A stretch of 64,000 nucleotides of DNA from Gammaproteobacteria bacterium (GTDB lineage: Bacteria; Pseudomonadota; Gammaproteobacteria; Natronospirales; REEB76), in assembly GCA_036500225.1 (NCBI GenBank), contig DASYCJ010000118.1, forward strand, positions 8,784 to 72,783, in the 5' to 3' direction. A program made the position numbers and the translations under genes. Under the pieces are notes generated by a model. It was not told the origin of the DNA and ran no database searches. It saw nothing but the letters and a program-made list of their open reading frames with translations. Of the stretch, positions 59,008 through 64,000 are shown in pieces. Position 1 is the stretch's first letter. Each line of letters begins with the position of its first letter.

Positions 59008-60172
59008 GAAGGTGGCCATCCTCGGTACCGGCACGCTCGCCTATAGGCTGGTGCTGGAGTACCTAGCCCGGCCGGATGGTCAGGCGCAGCTATGCGGCGT
59101 GATCACCGAGAGCCGCGAGGTGGAGCCGCCGTTCGATTGCAGGCGCCTCGGCGCTCTATCCGAGCTGAAGCAGATACTCTCCAGGGAGCCGTTGGATCGG
59201 GTCATCGTCGCCATGGAAGACCAATATGCACATCTCAGCGCAGATTTCCTAGTCGAGATGCAGGCCATCCGTGACCTGGAGGTCGAGACCGGCCTGGATG
59301 CCTACGAGCGGCTAACCGGCAAGCTTGCCATAGAGTCCCTGACCGCCAGCAGCGTATTGTTCTCCAGCGAGTTCAGGCCTTCGCGCCTGGCGCGCTGGTT
59401 CGCCCGCGGCTTCAGTTGGGCCATCGCGGCCTGCGCGACCGTGATCTTGTCTCCGGTGATGGCGCTGCTGGCCTTGTGCATACGCCTAGATTCGCCCGGC
59501 CCGGTGTTGTTCGTGCAAGAGCGAGTTGGCCTGGGCGGCCGGCGCTTCAAGCTGCTCAAGTTCCGCAGCATGCGCACCACATCAGACAAGCATTCAGAAT
59601 GGGCCGCTGACAACGAAGCTCGGATCACCCGTAGCGGCCGCTGGCTGCGTAAGTTCCGGCTTGACGAGTTGCCGCAGTTCATCAACGTGCTGCGTGGCGA
59701 CATGAACCTGGTCGGCCCGCGCCCGCATCCGGATAGCAATCGGCGTCTTTTCATCCTGGTGTCGCGCAATACCCCGGAATGCGGGGAGCAAATCCCCTAT
59801 TACTCGCTGCGTTCCTCGATCAGGCCGGGCATTACCGGCTGGGCCCAAGTGCGCTACAAGTATGCCAACGGTCTCGACGAAGAGATCGAGAAGCTACGCT
59901 ACGACCTGTACTACATCAAACATTACTCGGTATGGCTCGACATGCGCATCATGTTCGAGACCATCAAAGTCGTGCTGCTCGGGCATCGGCGGTTGGATCA
60001 GGCGCAAAAGGGCGGAGCCACCATGGATGGTGGGCTCGAAGCCGAGCCGCCCAGTCAGCCGCTGCTGCCCGGGCTGGCGGCCGCGCTGAGATCCCATGCG
60101 GTGGAAGCCCCATCACCGCCTCCGCCGCCGCGCCAGAGCCTGGGCTCAGGCAATAGCCTCGGTCTGCAGTGA
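59000..60172 (+). CDS. Priming polyprenyl-phosphate sugar phosphotransferase (bacterial sugar transferase family)
   Basis: N-terminal Rossmann-like MAEKVAILGTGTLA, TM helices, then ...PGPVLFVQERVGLGGRRFKLLKFRSM..., ...LRKFRLDELPQFINVLRGDMNLVGPRP... and ...RPGITGWAQV.... A Pro-rich tail ends the protein. The ATG at 59000 overlaps the kinase stop. Confidence 0.85.
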   Translation: MAEKVAILGTGTLAYRLVLEYLARPDGQAQLCGVITESREVEPPFDCRRLGALSELKQILSREPLDRVIVAMEDQYAHLSADFLVEMQAIRDLEVETGLDAYERLTGKLAIESLTASSVLFSSEFRPSRLARWFARGFSWAIAACATVILSPVMALLALCIRLDSPGPVLFVQERVGLGGRRFKLLKFRSMRTTSDKHSEWAADNEARITRSGRWLRKFRLDELPQFINVLRGDMNLVGPRPHPDSNRRLFILVSRNTPECGEQIPYYSLRSSIRPGITGWAQVRYKYANGLDEEIEKLRYDLYYIKHYSVWLDMRIMFETIKVVLLGHRRLDQAQKGGATMDGGLEAEPPSQPLLPGLAAALRSHAVEAPSPPPPPRQSLGSGNSLGLQ

Positions 60173-60188
60173 TCCTGAGGACTACGCC

Positions 60189-61244
60189 ATGATGTTCGAA
60201 TCTACCCTGGATTATGCGACTGGTTCCAGGCTCGGCGATGCCGAGTTTATGGACGCCCGCACCACGCCGCTGCGCATCACAGCGCTCGGCGGCGGCACGG
60301 GTCTCGCTTCGCTGCTGCAGGGCATGCGCGTGCTGCATTTCCCAGTGGGTATGCGCGACGAGGCAGACCAAGACCGTCTCACGGCCATCGTCACGGTTGC
60401 AGACGACGGTGGCAGTTCCGGCGCATTGCGCCGCGGATACAAGATCCTGGCCCCGGGCGACATACGCAACTGTCTGCTGGCCTTGTCCGACGCGGACCCG
60501 ACTCTGCAAGAGTTGTTCAACTTTCGCTTCGACGGCGAGCTGGGTGGGCACAGCCTCGGCAACCTGATGCTGACTGCCCTCGCCCTGCTGGAGAAGGATT
60601 TCGGCAAGGCAGTGGAGCGGGCCAGTAAGCTCCTGGATGTGAGGGGTCGGGTGCTGCCGGCGACCTTGGATGATGTCCAGCTCCTGGCGGAGTTCATGGA
60701 CGGCAGCTGCAGTATCGGTGAATCCAACATCGCCAAAGCCGGCCGCCGCATCCGCCGCGTGTCCCTGGTCCCGCGGGACATCCGGCCTATGCCCCAGGCG
60801 GTCAACGCCATCGCCGGTTCACACCTGGTGGTATTGGGGCCTGGCAGCCTCTACACCAGCCTGATCCCGATCTTGCTGGTGAAAGGGGTCGCTCAGGCCA
60901 TCGCCGATTCCGGTGCCCGCGTGGCTGTGGTCATGAACCTCATGACCGAACCCGGTGAGACCGACGGCTACAGCGCGGTGGATGTGATAAACGCCATTCG
61001 CGAACACGCACCTGAACTACCTATCCACAGTGTGTTGATCAACAGCGCCAAACCCTCTCCCGAGCATCTCAGGCGTTATGCCGCCGAGGGCTCCGAACCG
61101 ATCACTATCGACCCTGTTTTTCTGAAGACCCTGGGCTACCGTGCATTGAAATGCGACCTACTCGGAGACGGTCCGAAGGTACGGCATGAACCATGCAAGC
61201 TCGCCCGGGCCCTACTGAACCTGGCTCTAGAGGAAATGCCATGA
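60189..61244 (+). CDS. YvcK/CofD-like (UPF0052, 2-phospho-L-lactate transferase superfamily) protein
   Basis: ...ITALGGGTGLASLLQGM..., ...TAIVTVADDGGSSGALRR...APGDIRNCLLAL..., ...GHSLGNLMLTAL..., ...VVLGPGSLYTSLIPILLV... and ...NLMTEPGETDGYS.... The start is set at the ATG at 60189; the stop overlaps the next start (ATGA). Confidence 0.8.
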   Translation: MMFESTLDYATGSRLGDAEFMDARTTPLRITALGGGTGLASLLQGMRVLHFPVGMRDEADQDRLTAIVTVADDGGSSGALRRGYKILAPGDIRNCLLALSDADPTLQELFNFRFDGELGGHSLGNLMLTALALLEKDFGKAVERASKLLDVRGRVLPATLDDVQLLAEFMDGSCSIGESNIAKAGRRIRRVSLVPRDIRPMPQAVNAIAGSHLVVLGPGSLYTSLIPILLVKGVAQAIADSGARVAVVMNLMTEPGETDGYSAVDVINAIREHAPELPIHSVLINSAKPSPEHLRRYAAEGSEPITIDPVFLKTLGYRALKCDLLGDGPKVRHEPCKLARALLNLALEEMP

Positions 61245-62551
61245 ATGCTAATGCCTTGAAACAACGCATCGAGAAACACGAAGCGCGTATAACCGTCATC
61301 GGCCAGGGCTACGTCGGCCTGCCGCTGGCCATTGCCTTCGCCCACGCCGGCTTCAAGGTGGTGGGATTGGATAACAGCCGCGAGAAGGTGGATGCCCTGA
61401 ACCAGGGCCGTTCACCGATCCCGGATGTGTCGGAGGACGAACTGCAGAAACAGCGTAGCGCCGGTCGTTACAGCGCCACTACCGATTACTCAGTGCTGGC
61501 GGATACGGACGTGGCTATCGTCTGCGTGCCGACCCCCCTGCGCAAGACCAAGGACCCGGACATCTCCTATGTGATCGCGGCGGCCGAGGAGCTGGCGGAA
61601 CACCTGCACCCGGGGCAGCTCGTGGTGCTGGAATCCACCACCTATCCCGGCACTACCGAGGAGATCCTGCTGCCCATGTTCTCGGACAAGGGTGGCGAGG
61701 CCGGCGTGGACTTCTTCCTGGCCTTCTCCCCGGAGCGCATCGACCCGGCCAACCCGCAGTTCAAGGTGCATGACATCCCGAAGGTGGTGGGTGGCGTGAC
61801 CGGTGAATGCTCCAAGCTCGCCTCCCAGCTCTATCGCACCATCGTGCCGAAAGTGCTGGAAGTCTCCAGCCCGCGCGTGGCCGAGATGGCCAAACTCTAT
61901 GAGAACGTGTTCCGCAACGTGAACATCGCCCTCGCCAACGAGCTGGCGCTGATGTGCCACCGCCTGGGCGTCAACACCCGTGAGGTGATCGACGCGGCCG
62001 CCACCAAGCCCTTCGGCTTCATGTCCTTCCATCCCGGTCCGGGCGTGGGCGGTCATTGCATCGGCATCGACTCCCAGTACCTGGCCTGGAAGATGAAACT
62101 CAACGGCTACGATGCACGCTTCATCCACCTGGCTGAAGAGATCAACCAGTCCATGCCGGGTCGCGTGGTGCAGATGACAGCCGACGCGCTCAACAACAGG
62201 CAGCGCTCCCTCAAGGGCGCCAAGGTGCTGGCCCTGGGCGTGGCCTACAAGCCGAACGTGAGCGACATCCGCGAGTCGCCGGCGCTGGAAGTGATCGAGC
62301 TGCTGCAGAAGCGCGGTGCTGTGGTCACCTATGCGGACCCGCATGTGCCGACCATCGGCCACAACGGCGGCCAGTTGAGCGCCGTGCTGGCGGATGAAGC
62401 TGCCATTAAGGGTGCCGACTGCGTTGTGATCCTCACGGACCACAAGGAGTTCGACTACAAGAAGATAGCAGGTGATGCATCGCTGGTGGTGGATACCCGC
62501 AATGCGACCTGGGGCATCCTGAACCCGAAGGCTGAGGTTATCCGCCTGTGA
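61241..62551 (+). CDS. Nucleotide-sugar (UDP-GlcNAc/ManNAc-type) dehydrogenase
   Basis: ITVIGQGYVGLPLAIAFAHAGFKVVGLD, ...PGPGVGGHCIGIDS... (catalytic Cys) and ...VLALGVAYKPNVSDIRESPA.... Confidence 0.85.
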   Translation: MNANALKQRIEKHEARITVIGQGYVGLPLAIAFAHAGFKVVGLDNSREKVDALNQGRSPIPDVSEDELQKQRSAGRYSATTDYSVLADTDVAIVCVPTPLRKTKDPDISYVIAAAEELAEHLHPGQLVVLESTTYPGTTEEILLPMFSDKGGEAGVDFFLAFSPERIDPANPQFKVHDIPKVVGGVTGECSKLASQLYRTIVPKVLEVSSPRVAEMAKLYENVFRNVNIALANELALMCHRLGVNTREVIDAAATKPFGFMSFHPGPGVGGHCIGIDSQYLAWKMKLNGYDARFIHLAEEINQSMPGRVVQMTADALNNRQRSLKGAKVLALGVAYKPNVSDIRESPALEVIELLQKRGAVVTYADPHVPTIGHNGGQLSAVLADEAAIKGADCVVILTDHKEFDYKKIAGDASLVVDTRNATWGILNPKAEVIRL

Positions 62552-63900
62552 CTGATCAGACCTGGGGCTGGTGGCGGCATCAACCGATCGCTGCCACCGG
62601 CCCAGGCACGGCCGTAGAAGGAGTCCAGCAGCCATCCCGGAGCGGCGCCATGCCATTCTGGGGGTTGATGGCCTTCACCTGCCTGCTGCTGCTGTCTCCC
62701 CAATCCTTCGTCCCGGCGCTGGGTGTCCTGCACCTGCCGCTGTTGATGGCCGTATTGGCGGGAGGCAGCTACGTCCTCGGTTGCTGGCGTCACGGCGTGA
62801 AGGCCCTGACGCTGGATGGCGAGATACGCTTCGCCGTCTGGCTCGCGGCCTGGGCCTTGCTCACCATCCCACTATCCTTATGGCCGGGCGGCAGCGTCGC
62901 CTTCTTCTTCGGTATCTATTTCAAGGCCTTGGTGGTGTTCTGGCTCCTGAGTCGGGTAGTGGATACCAGCGGGCGCCTGCGCACCGTGTTCTGGACCTTG
63001 AGCCTGATTGCCGCACCGTTGGCGGTGTCCGGGGTACGGAGTTTCTTCTCCGGTGCCTTCAAGAACCAGGAACTATCTCACGGCCTGGCACGCATTAGTG
63101 GCTACGATGCGTCGCTGACCGGTAACCCGAACGACCTGGCGTTGATGCTGAATCTGATCCTGCCGCTCAGCATCGCGCTGTTCCTGATGGTCCGCAGCCG
63201 TAGCGCTCAGGCCTTGCTGGTGGCTCTGATCGGACTCGACGTGGTGGCGATCATCGCCACATTCTCCCGGGCCGGCTTCCTGTCCCTGGGCGTGATCGGA
63301 CTCTGCTATCTCGTGATCCTGTTTCGCCGCGGTCGCCGCACATTGGCGCTATTGGTGATCGCCGCGGCCCTTGCTGGCACGGCACTTCTGCCATCGTCCT
63401 ACATCCACCGCCTCAGTACCATCACCAATATTCAGGCGGATCAGACCAATTCGGCCCAAACCCGCTTCCGCGACTATCTGACCGCCATGAAGTATGTCGC
63501 CGGCCATCCCCTCATGGGCGCCGGCATCGGCCAGAACATCCTCGCCCTCAACGAGACGCGCGGTGCGACCTGGACGCTGGTGCATGACGTCTACCTCGAA
63601 TACGCCGTCGATCTCGGTCTACCGGGACTCGTGCTTTTCCTGCTGCTCCTTCGCGCAATCGCCCGCGGCCTGCGCAAAGCCCTACGGCGCGCGGCATCGG
63701 AACCCGCCATGGCGGACCTGCATTTCCTGCTGGAAGGCCTGTGCGTGAGCCTGATCGGCTTCGTGGTGTCGGCCTTCTTCTACCCAGACGCCTACCAGTT
63801 CTATTTCTACTACATCGCTGGCCTCAGCATCGCCGCCATCGCCATCGCCTTCACGGCAAGCACTGATGTATCGATCCAGACCCAAGCGAGCCTAGGATGA
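62548..63900 (+). CDS. O-antigen ligase/polymerase-like (Wzy_C) polytopic membrane protein
   Basis: About 10-12 TM helices and a Wzy_C-like loop (...FSRAGFLSLGVIGLCYL..., ...HPLMGAGIGQN..., ...VHDVYLEYAVDLGLPGL...). The GTG start overlaps the dehydrogenase stop; an alternative Met lies at 62650. Confidence 0.75.
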   Translation: MTDQTWGWWRHQPIAATGPGTAVEGVQQPSRSGAMPFWGLMAFTCLLLLSPQSFVPALGVLHLPLLMAVLAGGSYVLGCWRHGVKALTLDGEIRFAVWLAAWALLTIPLSLWPGGSVAFFFGIYFKALVVFWLLSRVVDTSGRLRTVFWTLSLIAAPLAVSGVRSFFSGAFKNQELSHGLARISGYDASLTGNPNDLALMLNLILPLSIALFLMVRSRSAQALLVALIGLDVVAIIATFSRAGFLSLGVIGLCYLVILFRRGRRTLALLVIAAALAGTALLPSSYIHRLSTITNIQADQTNSAQTRFRDYLTAMKYVAGHPLMGAGIGQNILALNETRGATWTLVHDVYLEYAVDLGLPGLVLFLLLLRAIARGLRKALRRAASEPAMADLHFLLEGLCVSLIGFVVSAFFYPDAYQFYFYYIAGLSIAAIAIAFTASTDVSIQTQASLG

Positions 63901-64000
63901 CGACCATGCGCCTCACAGCCCAAGTACGCGACCAGATGGCGGAGCGTGCTTATACGGAGGAGGGGGCGGCGCCGCGCATCCAGCTGGTGAAGTTCCTCAC
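63897..64000 (+). CDS. 5' end of a further EPS-locus gene (function not determinable, truncated by window edge)
   Basis: The ATG overlaps the preceding stop (ATGA). MTTMRLTAQVRDQMAERAYTEEGAAPRIQLVKFL... stays open to the edge. Confidence 0.4.
   Translation, partial: MTTMRLTAQVRDQMAERAYTEEGAAPRIQLVKFL

Noticed and set aside
60191-60200. A 10-nt match (GTTCGAATCT) to the T-arm of tRNA-Ser, considered as a possible distal att repeat delimiting an island from 48.6 to 60.2 kb
   Set aside because: A 10-nt match is within chance expectation for a window of this size. It lies inside the start of a coding sequence, and no integrase or other mobility gene is present.
61490-62656. A 388-aa minus-strand ORF opposite the sugar dehydrogenase
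   Set aside because: Shadow ORF with no motifs. The plus-strand gene is translationally coupled to its neighbours.

Overview
This is a visibly GC-rich chromosomal segment with gammaproteobacterial gene order, resembling Pseudomonas/Xanthomonas and the E. coli 20-min region. It is mostly core housekeeping genes. The first block runs mfd, aguBA, sfsA, lolC/lolD, DUF2062, a decayed comEC, exbBD-msbA-lpxK-ycaR-kdsB-ptp, rne/rluC, maf and yceD-rpmF-plsX-fabH. The second block runs clpSA/infA-bpt-aat-(DUF482)-trxB, ald, ftsK-lolA-rarA-serS and tRNA-Ser. Two accessory-looking blocks interrupt this core. (1) At 22-34 kb the fab operon stops after fabH. It is followed by a minus-strand unit, gspC-gspD-gspE-gspF, a small beta-barrel OMP and a 1064-aa BNR/VPS10-like secreted protein. 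This unit is divergent from a CHASE2 nucleotide cyclase. (2) Downstream of tRNA-Ser (48.7-64 kb) lie an EAL/degenerate-GGDEF plus GAF-GGDEF pair and an exopolysaccharide locus of the PEP-CTERM/exosortase-associated type. That locus contains a NusG paralog, OMP, Wza-like exporter, Wzz-like protein, BY-kinase, priming sugar transferase, a YvcK/CofD-like protein, a sugar dehydrogenase and a Wzy_C ligase-like protein, and it runs off the right edge. I found no CRISPR array, IS element, integrase, rRNA or obvious defence island. I cannot point to a clear-cut new system. The best candidates for follow-up are the DUF482/FemAB-like gene embedded in the N-degron (aat-bpt/clpSA) cluster, the truncated T2SS operon tightly coupled to an OMP and a giant BNR protein, and the YvcK/CofD-like gene plus NusG paralog in the EPS locus. 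All family assignments come from motif recognition by eye and need HMM/BLAST confirmation. Many long ORFs in the track are antisense shadow ORFs typical of GC-rich DNA.
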